A DNA stretch of 64,000 bases from Candidatus Nanoarchaeia archaeon (GTDB lineage Archaea; Nanobdellota; Nanobdellia; SCGC-AAA011-G17; GW2011-AR18), in the NCBI GenBank assembly GCA_035288845.1, contig DATDZB010000001.1:9092-73091 (forward strand), read 5' to 3'. The notes beneath the pieces were generated by a model. It did not search any database and was not told the origin of the DNA. It saw only the letters and a list, made by a program, of their open reading frames with translations. The position numbers and the translations under genes were made by a program. Shown here piece after piece: positions 10,139 through 19,994 of this stretch. The first letter of the stretch is position 1; each line of letters starts with the position of its first letter.

Positions 10139-10801
10139 GTGGTATCAATAATAATTCCAGCATGTAACGAGGAAATGTACTTAGAGAATACACTAAAAAG
10201 TATTAAAAATCAGAATTTTAAAAACCATGAAATAATTGTTGTTTGTGATGGTTGTACAGATAATACTGAAAAAATAGCAAAAAAATACAAAACTAAAATA
10301 GTCAATTTAAAAGAAAGAACTGGCCCAGCAAATGCCAAAAATAAAGGTGTAGAAAAAGCAGATTACAATAAACTAGTATTTTTAGATGCAGATACTTTAT
10401 TATCAGAAGGAATTTTAAATAATATAGATAAAATTCTTAATTCAGAAAAAGAAATAATAGGAACTTGTATAATAAAACCATCAAATAGAAAATTAAAACA
10501 TAAAATTGCTATGTCTATTAAAAATACTTTTTTCTGCCCGCTAGGAAAATCTAATGGAATAATATTTTGTAAAAAATCTACATTTGAAAAATTTAAAGGA
10601 TTTAATAATTCATTAAAACAAGCAGAAGATTGGGACTTTGTTAGAAGAATAAAAAAACAAGGAAAATATATAATTCTAAAAAATCCAGTAATAAGTTCTA
10701 CAAGAAGATTTGAAGAAAAAGGATATACCTATACTACCGTTTACTGGATAAAACAAATGTTAAAACCAAAACTAGACAAAGATTATGAAATAATTAGATA
10801 G
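10139..10801 (+). CDS. Glycosyltransferase family 2
   Basis: SIIIPACNEE, VVCDGCTDNT, FLDAD, ED motifs. Confidence 0.9.
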   Translation: MVSIIIPACNEEMYLENTLKSIKNQNFKNHEIIVVCDGCTDNTEKIAKKYKTKIVNLKERTGPANAKNKGVEKADYNKLVFLDADTLLSEGILNNIDKILNSEKEIIGTCIIKPSNRKLKHKIAMSIKNTFFCPLGKSNGIIFCKKSTFEKFKGFNNSLKQAEDWDFVRRIKKQGKYIILKNPVISSTRRFEEKGYTYTTVYWIKQMLKPKLDKDYEIIR

Positions 10802-11332
10802 CTAAATCAAAATTCTCCAATTTTCTTTATAATATTTAAACTTCTTTTCAAATTCTTCTCTTGGTGTTAATTCCAAGTTTAAAGATTTTAAAATCTCTTT
10901 AAGATATTCTTCAGTTTTTTCTTTATCTTGTTCAGAAGACATTTTCTCTAATTCTAAAATATAACCATAACCTTTTGTAAAATCTACAGAAATACTAATA
11001 TCGTTCCATTTGAAATCGGTTCTTTCTCTAAACCATTTAATTCCAACATCAAATCCAAGAAGTTTTAATAATCTTTCACTTTTTGAAAAATCATCTTTGT
11101 CAAATTTAATTTCTATTTCTTCCCTTTGATGGTCATGAACTTTTCCAGATTTCCAAACCAATTTAGAAAAGTAATCATTTTTCTGAATTCTAAAGTCTTC
11201 TTTGCAATCAAAATAATAAGTTTCCTGGTTGTCTTTTTTTAAGAATTCAGCATTTTTAGTAAAGAAATCAAGTAATTCATTATATTTTTGTTCAGAAATG
11301 AAGACTTTAAGCTCAACTTCTATATTATTCAT
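10802..11332 (-). CDS. CYTH-domain protein (class IV adenylate cyclase/triphosphatase-like)
   Basis: IEVELK N-terminus, REEIE, ILELEK motifs. Confidence 0.85.
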   Translation of the reverse strand: MNNIEVELKVFISEQKYNELLDFFTKNAEFLKKDNQETYYFDCKEDFRIQKNDYFSKLVWKSGKVHDHQREEIEIKFDKDDFSKSERLLKLLGFDVGIKWFRERTDFKWNDISISVDFTKGYGYILELEKMSSEQDKEKTEEYLKEILKSLNLELTPREEFEKKFKYYKENWRILI

Positions 11333-11384
11333 AGATTATAGTTGGTCTTTAATTATTTAAGAATTTAGATAATAAAAAATAAAT

Positions 11385-11419
11385 AAAATAAAAAAATAGT
11401 TGGTTACGCTAGTCGTAAC
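11385..11419 (-). terminator. Hairpin plus T-tract terminator candidate
   Basis: GTTACG-N5-CGTAAC (11403-11419) followed on the minus strand by T-runs, just after the CxxC gene. Confidence 0.5.
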
Positions 11420-11440
11420 GAGAAACTTTTAAGTATGAAC

Positions 11441-11608
11441 TTATTGTTGATCTCTTTTACTTTGGTAACATTCTTTGCAATAAACTGGCTTACCTTCTTT
11501 AGGTTTGAATGGTACTTCACATTCATTACCACATTCAGAGCAAGTTGCTTTATGCATTTCCCTTGGGCCAAAATTTCTTCTTGGACCGCCTCTGTTAAAT
11601 CTATCCAT
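11441..11608 (-). CDS. CxxC-x17-CxxC zinc-ribbon protein (55 aa); real frame differs from the listed ORFs
   Basis: MDRFNRGGPRRNFGPREMHKATCSECGNECEVPFKPKEGKPVYCKECYQSKRDQQ*; GGAGG Shine-Dalgarno upstream. Confidence 0.9.
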   Translation of the reverse strand: MDRFNRGGPRRNFGPREMHKATCSECGNECEVPFKPKEGKPVYCKECYQSKRDQQ

Positions 11609-11789
11609 TTTTCCTCCATGGTTCCATAAGTGGCTTTTACACCCTATATGTACTAATATAATTGAAATAAACCAATATTTATAAAACTATCTTTTAGGAA
11701 TTTGAAGGGATATAGGATATATTTTAGATAAATTTTATATAGGTTAATTTTAAACGAAAATAAAGATTTTATGTTAAAAGAGGCTTAAA

Positions 11790-12074
11790 ATGACTGGAAA
11801 TCCCGAAACCAAACATGATACTGTAGGCTATTATGCTGTTATTAGAAGCCCTAAGTCTGGGGTTTATTGGTCTGTATATTCTCCTAGTGCTGCAGGTTTA
11901 CAAGAAGACTTAACTAGAAAGAAAGCATTGGAATGGGAAGTATTAGCCCAATATGTTGATGTAAAAAATGGAACTGGAACAAAAATTACTCGTGCAGTTG
12001 ATGAATTGAATAGAAGAATGAGTGAAATAGATCCAGCACAAGCAAAAAAATATTTGGAAAAATTACTTGATTAA
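11790..12074 (+). CDS. Hypothetical protein
   Basis: 94-aa ORF, no recognised motif. Confidence 0.6.
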   Translation: MTGNPETKHDTVGYYAVIRSPKSGVYWSVYSPSAAGLQEDLTRKKALEWEVLAQYVDVKNGTGTKITRAVDELNRRMSEIDPAQAKKYLEKLLD

Positions 12075-12412
12075 ACTTTCTTCACAATATCTGGTATTTT
12101 TAATTTAGGTACTTTAGACACACCCCAACCAAAAATAGCTTTCCATAAATTTTTATTTTGTTTTCTGTAATTTGAAAAAGAAATTTCTAATGCTAAATTA
12201 AATTCAAAAATTGCTTCTGAAAGTTGAGTTCTATTTAATATTGCACTTTGATCTTGATGTGAAAAAGCTAATTTTAGAAGATAATATAACTCATTAGTTA
12301 TTGCAATTATTTGAGATTTATCAAAAGCTTGTCCTCTTATTATATTTGCTTGTTTTTTAAGAAAGTCACACAACTCATCAAAATTAAAATTTCTAGCCAT
12401 AGAAAAAGACAT
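12071..12412 (-). CDS. Hypothetical protein
   Basis: 113-aa ORF. Confidence 0.6.
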   Translation of the reverse strand: MSFSMARNFNFDELCDFLKKQANIIRGQAFDKSQIIAITNELYYLLKLAFSHQDQSAILNRTQLSEAIFEFNLALEISFSNYRKQNKNLWKAIFGWGVSKVPKLKIPDIVKKV

Positions 12413-12484
12413 AATTTAAACATATTAAATAATTTATCTTATTAAAGATAGATAATAAACTAAAGAATTAAAAAAGTTATCGTT

Positions 12485-12682
12485 TTATTTGAAAATTAGT
12501 TTGTCAATTTTGGTTGTAAATAAAAGAAACCAGACTAATACAAAAGCAATAGGTAAAGAATAATAGCCTATTTCAAAAGATTTAGAGATTAAGTAATCGA
12601 CTAATCCAATAACGAATAAAAAAAATGTAAGTGCTGCAGTTAGTAAAAGTCTACTATTTCTAATTCTCTCTTTTAATTTCAT
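12485..12682 (-). CDS. Small membrane protein
   Basis: Two hydrophobic helices. Confidence 0.6.
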   Translation of the reverse strand: MKLKERIRNSRLLLTAALTFFLFVIGLVDYLISKSFEIGYYSLPIAFVLVWFLLFTTKIDKLIFK

Positions 12683-12875
12683 AAATTAAATAATATTAAG
12701 GAGTATTTATTTATATTGTAAACTTTTCAATATTTTCTACAAAACCAATTTTAAATCTAAAAATAATCAATAACTAGAAGCGAAAATAACAACTACAAAA
12801 TATAGTTTTCATAACAACATACGACGACACGACATCCCACCCTCATAGAGTTTATATATAAAATTCCCAATCATA

Positions 12876-12962
12876 GTTTCATACCTCATTGAAAAAGAAC
12901 CTAACAGGAATAAGAGGTAAAATTCGATTTCCTAAGTAAGTTCTCTTGAGGGGTTATGAAAC
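12876..12962 (+). promoter_or_regulatory. Structured 5' leader (long interrupted hairpin) of the radA operon
   Basis: Nested stems GTTTCATA/TATGAAAC, CCTCA/TGAGG, AGAAC/GTTCT, AGGAA/TTCCT beginning ~25 nt after TATA box TTTATATA (12851). Confidence 0.6.
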
Positions 12963-12992
12963 AAAAAGCGAAAGCAAAGGAGAGTAAAAAAT

Positions 12993-13277
12993 ATGGCAAG
13001 ACCAATAAAAAAGTTTAGATCAGGTCAACTAGAAGTTGCAATCTGGTTAAATGAAAGACAAATAAAAGACGACACAATTGTAGGTTTTAAAACAGTAAGC
13101 CTAAGAAAATCTTGGAAAGACGAAAAAAACGTTTGGAGAGATTCTACAATACAACTTAGAAAACACGATATTCCAAGAATTCTTGTTTTAATGAACAAAA
13201 CTATGGAAGAATTACTTTTAACACAAGAAGAAAAAGCACACGAAGATAAAGAAGAGGAGGATGAAGAAAATGAGTAG
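12993..13277 (+). CDS. Small protein with acidic tail upstream of radA; putative PC4/Whirly-like ssDNA-binding protein
   Basis: Basic/aromatic beta-rich core ([19 protein letters not shown]), EEEDEENE tail, overlaps radA start. Confidence 0.6.
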   Translation: MARPIKKFRSGQLEVAIWLNERQIKDDTIVGFKTVSLRKSWKDEKNVWRDSTIQLRKHDIPRILVLMNKTMEELLLTQEEKAHEDKEEEDEENE

Positions 13278-14277
13278 AAAAACTGAAATACTAGAGCAAG
13301 TTCAAGAGATTATGCCACAAAATACTAAAGAAAATAAAGTTATGACTGTAGAAGATTTACCAGGTGTAGGTCCAGCAACAGCTGAAAAATTAAAAGAATC
13401 AGGATTTGATACTTTACTTTCTTTAGCAGTAGCATCACCAGGTGAACTAGTTGAAGCTGGCGGATTAACAGAAGCAACAGCAAGAAAAGTAATCAAAGCT
13501 TCTAGAGACGCAATGAATATGGGTTTCGAATCTGGTGACGAAATAATGGAAAAGAGAAAAAGCATTATTAAAATCCTGACAAATTCTAAAGCTTTAGATT
13601 CTTTGTTTGGTGGTGGAATAGAAAGCGGAGCAATTACTGAATGTTATGGGGAATTTGGTTCTGGAAAATCTTCATTAGCACATCAACTAGCTGTAAATGT
13701 TCAATTACCAAAAGATCAAGGTGGAGTTGAAGGAACAGCAGTTTGGTTAGATACAGAATCAACATTTAGGCCTGAAAGAATTAAACAAATTGCAGAATCA
13801 AATGGTTTAGATGCAGAAAAAATGTTAAAGAACATTAAAGTTGCAAGATGTTTTAATTCAGATCATCAAATGCTTTTAGCAGAAAAAGTTGAAGATTTAA
13901 TTAAAGAAGGACAAAATATAAAATTAGTAATTGTTGATTCACTTATGTCTCACTTCAGAGCAGATTTTTCTGGTCGTGGTCAATTAGCAGATAGACAACA
14001 AAAACTAAACAAACACTTACACCAACTACAAAAATTAGCATCAAGCTACAATCTAGCAGTTTATGTAACAAACCAAGTAATGTCAAAACCAGATACTTTC
14101 TTTGGAGACCCAACTGCAGCTGTAGGTGGGCATATTGTAGCACATAACTCAACTTATAGAGTTTACTTGAGAAAAGGAAAAAAAGGAACAAGGGTAGCTA
14201 AAATGATTGATGCCCCGCAGTTACCTGAGACAGAAGCAATATTCCAAGTAACAGAAAAAGGTTTAGAAGACGTTTAG
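13270..14277 (+). CDS. radA: DNA repair and recombination protein RadA
   Basis: N-terminal HhH ([12 protein letters not shown]), Walker [24 protein letters not shown]. Confidence 0.98.
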   Translation: MSRKTEILEQVQEIMPQNTKENKVMTVEDLPGVGPATAEKLKESGFDTLLSLAVASPGELVEAGGLTEATARKVIKASRDAMNMGFESGDEIMEKRKSIIKILTNSKALDSLFGGGIESGAITECYGEFGSGKSSLAHQLAVNVQLPKDQGGVEGTAVWLDTESTFRPERIKQIAESNGLDAEKMLKNIKVARCFNSDHQMLLAEKVEDLIKEGQNIKLVIVDSLMSHFRADFSGRGQLADRQQKLNKHLHQLQKLASSYNLAVYVTNQVMSKPDTFFGDPTAAVGGHIVAHNSTYRVYLRKGKKGTRVAKMIDAPQLPETEAIFQVTEKGLEDV

Positions 14278-14372
14278 TTCTTCTATTTTTATTTTTTCAT
14301 TTAGTTAAATTTATTAAAACTTTAAGTTACAAGCGTAGATAGTTATTAATATTTGAAATTCTTTAATTTATT

Positions 14373-15248
14373 ATGGAAAAAGTTCGTGATTTTATTAAAA
14401 AAAATCCAAAAACGTCTATAACTGGAATAGTTGCAGGTGTATTAGCAATAGCATTATTAATTAATCAAAGATTACAAAAACAAGAAACAGAATTAAATAA
14501 AAAAATTGCGGAATTAACTAGAACTGCATCAACATCAGAAAGACAACCAAATCTACCGCATTATATACAAATAGATAGTTCAACAACATGGAAAGAAGCA
14601 TTCACAAAAATTTCTACAGAAGCACAAACAAGAGCTAAACTAAGAGAAAGAATACAAGAAATTATAAAAGAACTTAACTTAGAACCACAACTCGACCCAA
14701 AAAATACCATTTTTGGCACGCCTAGTTTTGAAAAATTAGAAACTATTTGGAAAAAAGATATTCAAATTGCAAAATTATTACCGGGCATAAATCCAGAATA
14801 TTTCAAACAGTATATGGAACATTTTTCAAGAGCAGATGGACTTTCTCAATGGACAATTCAGGAAATTATAAAAATCATTATTGAATCTTTAGATGTAAAA
14901 GGAGAATTAAATTGGTTAGATATCTATAATTTTACTATGAGGTTACAAGAGTATAAAGGAAAATATAATCCAAAGTCTCACGATCCAAGAATATTTTTAA
15001 TTGATATATTAATAGAAGAAATAACAATAGACTACATAACTGCAGTTAATTACAAAAGAGATTTACAAAAAACTTTGAGAGAGGTTCAAGAGCTAATAAG
15101 AATTGTAGAGTCACAAAAAATGTCAGATGAAAAAGATATATCTGAGCTTTATAATTATGAAAATAAAATTCTAGACTATTTATCTAGATTAGAAATATAT
15201 GAAGAATTTTTAAGACAGAAAAAAGAAGAATTAAAATCAATGAATTAA
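14373..15248 (+). CDS. Hypothetical membrane-anchored helical protein
   Basis: N-terminal TM helix followed by coiled-coil-like sequence. Confidence 0.65.
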   Translation: MEKVRDFIKKNPKTSITGIVAGVLAIALLINQRLQKQETELNKKIAELTRTASTSERQPNLPHYIQIDSSTTWKEAFTKISTEAQTRAKLRERIQEIIKELNLEPQLDPKNTIFGTPSFEKLETIWKKDIQIAKLLPGINPEYFKQYMEHFSRADGLSQWTIQEIIKIIIESLDVKGELNWLDIYNFTMRLQEYKGKYNPKSHDPRIFLIDILIEEITIDYITAVNYKRDLQKTLREVQELIRIVESQKMSDEKDISELYNYENKILDYLSRLEIYEEFLRQKKEELKSMN

Positions 15249-15781
15249 ACCTTCTTATCATCAAATCCAAAAAAATACCCAACATATTTTACAATTAAAT
15301 GTCCCAAAGTCCAGACAATTAAAACCCAAAAAGAAATTTCTAAATAATTAGTAAAATAAAAAGGAACAAATAGTATAACTAAACCTAAAGCACTATTAAC
15401 TTGATCTAAAAAATAAAAACTTTCTCCAGATTTAAAATTAAATCTTCTTTTAATAAAACTACCAATCAAATCCCCAAATAAAACAGAAAATCCAATTAAA
15501 AAACCAAATAGAATGAAATTAATAGAATTATAATTAACTAAACTTAAAGCATTAAAATAATAAGTTCCAAAAAGTAATTTTTGTAAATAAACAACTAAAA
15601 TACTAAATAAAATTCCAAAGAAAAACCCACGAAAAGTTTTATTCTCTCCAAATAATCTATTTTTCCCAAGTTTAAAACCGAAATCAACTGGATAATTTAA
15701 AAAATTAATTTTACGAGCAATAACAGGCACTATATTAGCAATCGCAGCAGGAATTAACAAATAAACAATTTGTAATAACAT
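15245..15781 (-). CDS. carS: CDP-archaeol synthase
   Basis: PAAIANIVP, PVDFG, GENKTFRG, GDLIGSFIKRR, LDQ motifs. Confidence 0.88.
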   Translation of the reverse strand: MLLQIVYLLIPAAIANIVPVIARKINFLNYPVDFGFKLGKNRLFGENKTFRGFFFGILFSILVVYLQKLLFGTYYFNALSLVNYNSINFILFGFLIGFSVLFGDLIGSFIKRRFNFKSGESFYFLDQVNSALGLVILFVPFYFTNYLEISFWVLIVWTLGHLIVKYVGYFFGFDDKKV

Positions 15782-16830
15782 TATCTTTTTTCCTTATTTA
15801 TTAACATATCAATTAAACTAAACGTTTGGGTATTATCCCACCTTTCTAATTTATAGTTATATTGTTTAAGATTCATAATAAAATCAACTACATGGTTCTC
15901 ATTCAAATCTGTATAAAATTCACCAAATTTCTTTTCCTGAATATATAATGAATTTAATACTTGTTCAAAATGTTTTTTAATAGGAACTACTAAAATAGGT
16001 TTTCCCAAATATAAAGATTCACTAATTAAAGTAAATCCGCCGTTTGTAATCACAGCCTTACAATTTACAAGATCTTTAAGGAAATCTTTTCCATCATTAA
16101 ATTTTTTAAAAAATAAATTTCCAACAACTTTATCTTTGTCAAAACCATAAATAATAAATTTATAATTAATTCTTTTTAAAATATCAATTAACTTGTCATA
16201 ACTTTTAGTAGATTGATAAACAAAAACATAATCTCTACTTTCGGTTTTCTTAACATCTAAAATTTCTTTTCTAATTATTGGTTTTATTTGAAATGAATCT
16301 TGTCTGTTTTCAATATGTGTTCCAGGTAAACACATTACTAAATTATATTTGGCTTTAAACAATATTGTTTTAATTATCATTAAAGCTTTTATTTTACTTA
16401 ATCTATAAATATCTGGGCAATTATAGTTTCCATAAATTAAAAAATGTTGGTTATTAATATTAATTAAAGGCTTATTAAGTTCATTTGCAATATAACCACT
16501 AAAGCTTTCCATGTCTGAAAAAACAATATCTGGATTAAATTTTTCTACAGCTCGCCTAGTATCACCAAGTTTTTCAAAAGTCTTTCTAGAAAGTTTTCTT
16601 AAATTAGCAATTGCAGTTTTAAAATTGAGAATTGCATTTTTTTTAAATATAATTTCTAACCCTTCTATGTTGTGAACATCATTATGATATCTTTTAAAAT
16701 AATTATATGCTCTTCCGCTAGTAATAATCATAACTTTATGCTTTTTTTTCTTAAGATGATCAATAATTACCTTGCTTCTAATAGCATGGCCCATTCCCAC
16801 ACTTAAAACCCCATATAGTATCTTAGCCAT
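15781..16830 (-). CDS. MJ1255/VC2487-like GT-B glycosyltransferase
   Basis: GMGHAIRS; NGGFTLISESLYLGKP...HFEQ.LN. Confidence 0.88.
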   Translation of the reverse strand: MAKILYGVLSVGMGHAIRSKVIIDHLKKKKHKVMIITSGRAYNYFKRYHNDVHNIEGLEIIFKKNAILNFKTAIANLRKLSRKTFEKLGDTRRAVEKFNPDIVFSDMESFSGYIANELNKPLININNQHFLIYGNYNCPDIYRLSKIKALMIIKTILFKAKYNLVMCLPGTHIENRQDSFQIKPIIRKEILDVKKTESRDYVFVYQSTKSYDKLIDILKRINYKFIIYGFDKDKVVGNLFFKKFNDGKDFLKDLVNCKAVITNGGFTLISESLYLGKPILVVPIKKHFEQVLNSLYIQEKKFGEFYTDLNENHVVDFIMNLKQYNYKLERWDNTQTFSLIDMLINKEKR

Positions 16831-16896
16831 TAGAAATATACCTCTACACTAATCTAGTATAGTTAAATTTATAAATATTTGGAAAGTCTCAAGAAT

Positions 16897-17067
16897 ATGA
16901 ATAAACAAATTACTTGCAATTCTTGTAATGTAAAGATAATGAACTTGACAGGATCTGTTATTTTTAAGTGTCCTAGCTGCAGTGAAACAGAGATTATAAG
17001 ATGCGACCATTGTAGAAGGATAGTTGCTAAATATCATTGTTCTAAATGTAACTTTGTAGGTCCTTAA
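16897..17067 (+). CDS. Zn-ribbon protein (DUF1610/HVO_2753-like)
   Basis: CNSC..FKCPSC..IIRCDHCR..YHCSKCNFVGP; conserved position upstream of EF-1beta. Confidence 0.9.
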   Translation: MNKQITCNSCNVKIMNLTGSVIFKCPSCSETEIIRCDHCRRIVAKYHCSKCNFVGP

Positions 17068-17068
17068 G

Positions 17069-17362
17069 ATGTCAACAAATAAGCCACCGACAAAGATGTT
17101 TATTACTATCAAAATTATGCCAGAATCTCCAGAAGTAGATCTAGAACATCTTAAAAATCATATTAAAGAAGTTGCTGACGCTTTTGAAGCATCTATGAAT
17201 CCAAAAACAGAAATTGAACCTGTTGCTTTTGGTTTAGAAGCTCTAAAAGTTACTTTATTATTAGATGAAACTAAAGGTTCTGAAGAGTTATGTGAAGAAA
17301 TAGCTAAAATACATGGTGTTAGCTCTGCAGAAGTTATTGATATGAGAAGATTAATTTCATAA
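17069..17362 (+). CDS. ef1b: Translation elongation factor aEF-1beta
   Basis: KIMPESPEVDL, EPVAFGL motifs. Confidence 0.95.
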   Translation: MSTNKPPTKMFITIKIMPESPEVDLEHLKNHIKEVADAFEASMNPKTEIEPVAFGLEALKVTLLLDETKGSEELCEEIAKIHGVSSAEVIDMRRLIS

Positions 17363-17372
17363 ACTTATTTTT

Positions 17373-18185
17373 ATGTATTTCAATAGAATAATATTTTGGT
17401 GTGAATTCCCTAAAGAAGTAAATTGGCAGAAATTTAATAAAATTCTAAACTTTCCAATTGAAATTTATATTGCTTCTAACACAAAAAAAGAATTCTTAAA
17501 ATGGAAATCAAAAATTAAAAATAAAAACGTTAAAGAAATAGGAGTATGGCCGACTTTAAGTTTAGAACAAGGTTATTGGTTTTCTTCATATCTTTCCAAA
17601 GAAAATATAAACAAATTAAAAGAATTTGAAAAAATTAATATGAAAATAGATTTAGAACCGCCATTATTAACTAAAAGTTATAACTTCTTTAAACTTGCAA
17701 GAATTTATACAAAATTTATATTGTTTAAAAGATCAAAAAATAAAACCTACCTAAACCAAACAATAAATGAAATAAGTAAATCTAATAAAATAATTTTAAG
17801 CGGATTTCCATTTCCAAAATTTTTAAGCTCATTTTATGGAGATGTTCATCTTGATGGAAAAAATATTTACAGAAACTTCTTTATTTACAGCACATTAATT
17901 CCTAAACCTTTAAGAGCAATTTCAAGATTATATTTTAAATATTTTATAAAAAAATCACTTAAGAAATTTACTGAAGAAAAAACTTTATTTGCAGTTGGAT
18001 GTATTGGCCATGGAATTCTAGGAAATGAACCAAAATATAATAATATAAATGAACTTGATAAAGATTTAAAATTTCTATTAAAAAATAAAGTAAAAAATGT
18101 TGTAATATTTGATTTAGCAGGCACAATGAATAGAGATAAACCTCAGGAATGGCTAAATACTATTAAAAAATACCAAAACCAATAA
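17373..18185 (+). CDS. Hypothetical protein
   Basis: 270-aa ORF; GVWP...GYW, IDLEPP. Confidence 0.7.
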   Translation: MYFNRIIFWCEFPKEVNWQKFNKILNFPIEIYIASNTKKEFLKWKSKIKNKNVKEIGVWPTLSLEQGYWFSSYLSKENINKLKEFEKINMKIDLEPPLLTKSYNFFKLARIYTKFILFKRSKNKTYLNQTINEISKSNKIILSGFPFPKFLSSFYGDVHLDGKNIYRNFFIYSTLIPKPLRAISRLYFKYFIKKSLKKFTEEKTLFAVGCIGHGILGNEPKYNNINELDKDLKFLLKNKVKNVVIFDLAGTMNRDKPQEWLNTIKKYQNQ

Positions 18186-18215
18186 ACTTAAAACTTCTAT
18201 CAATTTAATAAAAAC

Positions 18216-18821
18216 ATGTCACAATTATCAAAAGAACAATTAAAAGAAATTGAAGATTATCTAAAAACTTTCCCTGAAAATCAAAGAAAGGAAAAAGAAA
18301 TAGAAATAAAAAAACAATTAGAAAATCAAACTACCCAATGTCCATTTTGTTTAATGTCTGAAGGAAAAATAGAAACAACTAAAATTTTTGAAGATCCAGG
18401 TTTTCTAGCAGTTTTAGAAATAAACCCGGCAAACAGAGGACATACCATTTTAATGTCAAAAAGACATATTAAATCAATATCAGAATTAAATGAACCAGAA
18501 ACAGATCATTTAGGAAAAATAATAAAAAAACTATCAACAGCAATAAACTTAACAGCAGAAGGCGTAAATGTTCTTTATTCGGAAGGAAAAGCTTCAGGTC
18601 AAAGATTTGAACATTTTACAGTTAATATAATTCCAAGAATTTCTAAAGACAAAGTAAATATTGAATGGCAGCCAAGTAAAATAGAAAAACAGGATTTAGA
18701 AAAAATTAAGCAGGAGATAATAAGTAGAATACCAAAAGAAATTCCAAAAAATATTCCTCAACCATTAAAACAAGATTATCTAAAAAGTGAATTAATGAAA
18801 ATGAAAAAAAGATTACCTTAA
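18216..18821 (+). CDS. HIT-family protein with degenerate histidine triad
   Basis: CPFC, INPANRGH, GQRFEHFTVNIIPR (HxHxH replaced by HxTxN). Confidence 0.85.
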   Translation: MSQLSKEQLKEIEDYLKTFPENQRKEKEIEIKKQLENQTTQCPFCLMSEGKIETTKIFEDPGFLAVLEINPANRGHTILMSKRHIKSISELNEPETDHLGKIIKKLSTAINLTAEGVNVLYSEGKASGQRFEHFTVNIIPRISKDKVNIEWQPSKIEKQDLEKIKQEIISRIPKEIPKNIPQPLKQDYLKSELMKMKKRLP

Positions 18822-19013
18822 TTTGTTTGTAATAAAAGTTAGTAAATAGAAAAATCCAAAAACTACTATAGATATAACCAATAATTGTAAGATTATATAA
18901 ATAATTCCTAAAGGAAAGGTAATTGCCTTATTTTCATAAAAATAACTAACACCACGAATTACAAAACTAGCTATAATAGAACTAACAATAAGTACTTTAG
19001 TTTCTCTTTCCAT
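18813..19013 (-). CDS. Small membrane protein
   Basis: Two hydrophobic helices. Confidence 0.55.
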   Translation of the reverse strand: MERETKVLIVSSIIASFVIRGVSYFYENKAITFPLGIIYIILQLLVISIVVFGFFYLLTFITNKLR

Positions 19014-19052
19014 AAATAATAATTGTAATGCTTGTTTATTAAACTTATTTAT

Positions 19053-19910
19053 TTAAACAAAAAACAAAAAGAAATCACCAAATAAAATACTAACAATAAA
19101 ACCAATTAAAAAACCAGGTACAAAAGGTATTCCTTCTTTTACTAAAACAGTTTTAATTTTATTTTTCTTCAAAATTTCAATATCTTCTTTAGTCAAACCA
19201 ATATTTCTAATCTTACAAATTAATTTGTTTGCTTTAAAAACATCTTTTGCAAGCCAGTCTCCTTCAACTAATTTATTTACTTTTATAAATTTATACATTA
19301 AAGAATTTTCAATAATTTTAGTAAATTGAATTATAATTGAAGAAATTAAACAAATTAATATTACTAAAGAAACCATTTTAAAAATAAAACTATCAAATAT
19401 AGAATAACTAATTAAAATTAAAAGCAGTCCAAAAATAAATAAAATAATTAAAATTTTAAATGAAGTTTTACTAATATCTTTCTTTACTTTGCTATAATTT
19501 TTAACTCCTAAAAATATGCTGTAAACAATTCCATAAACAACACCAGCAACAAGTATATTTAATAGTAAAGTTCCTAAAAAAGGCAGACTATTTAGAGAAA
19601 ATTTAGATATCACTTGGTAATTTCCAAACACAACGCCCAAACCCATTAATAATTTACAATCTCCTCCACCCCATTGTTTAGTATAATACATTAAATTAGC
19701 AAATACAAAAAATATAGCAAAACCAATTATGCCATAAATTAAATAACTAAAATCTTTTTCAATAAAAGAATAAATTAATCTTGCCCCAAAACCAACAGCA
19801 ATAAAAGAATAACTAACCAAGTCAGGAACTTCTCTTTTTTTAATATCTGTAATACTGCATATTATTAAAACTATTAAAGCCACAATAACTAAAAAATACC
19901 AAAAAATCAT
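19053..19910 (-). CDS. Prepilin/class III signal peptidase (A24 family)
   Basis: TDIKKREVPD and GGGDCKL catalytic aspartates; C-terminal GIPFVP. Confidence 0.92.
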   Translation of the reverse strand: MIFWYFLVIVALIVLIICSITDIKKREVPDLVSYSFIAVGFGARLIYSFIEKDFSYLIYGIIGFAIFFVFANLMYYTKQWGGGDCKLLMGLGVVFGNYQVISKFSLNSLPFLGTLLLNILVAGVVYGIVYSIFLGVKNYSKVKKDISKTSFKILIILFIFGLLLILISYSIFDSFIFKMVSLVILICLISSIIIQFTKIIENSLMYKFIKVNKLVEGDWLAKDVFKANKLICKIRNIGLTKEDIEILKKNKIKTVLVKEGIPFVPGFLIGFIVSILFGDFFLFFV

Positions 19911-19994
19911 GATATAATTTAAAATTAAAAACTATATAAAATATTCTTTAATTAGTACAAAAACATTTAAATACACCTTTGCCTGTTTTAATTC

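Noticed and set aside
11404..11629. Listed ORFs 11404..11619(-) and 11435..11629(+)
   Set aside because: Shadow frames; the real gene is the CxxC-x17-CxxC protein at 11441..11608(-)
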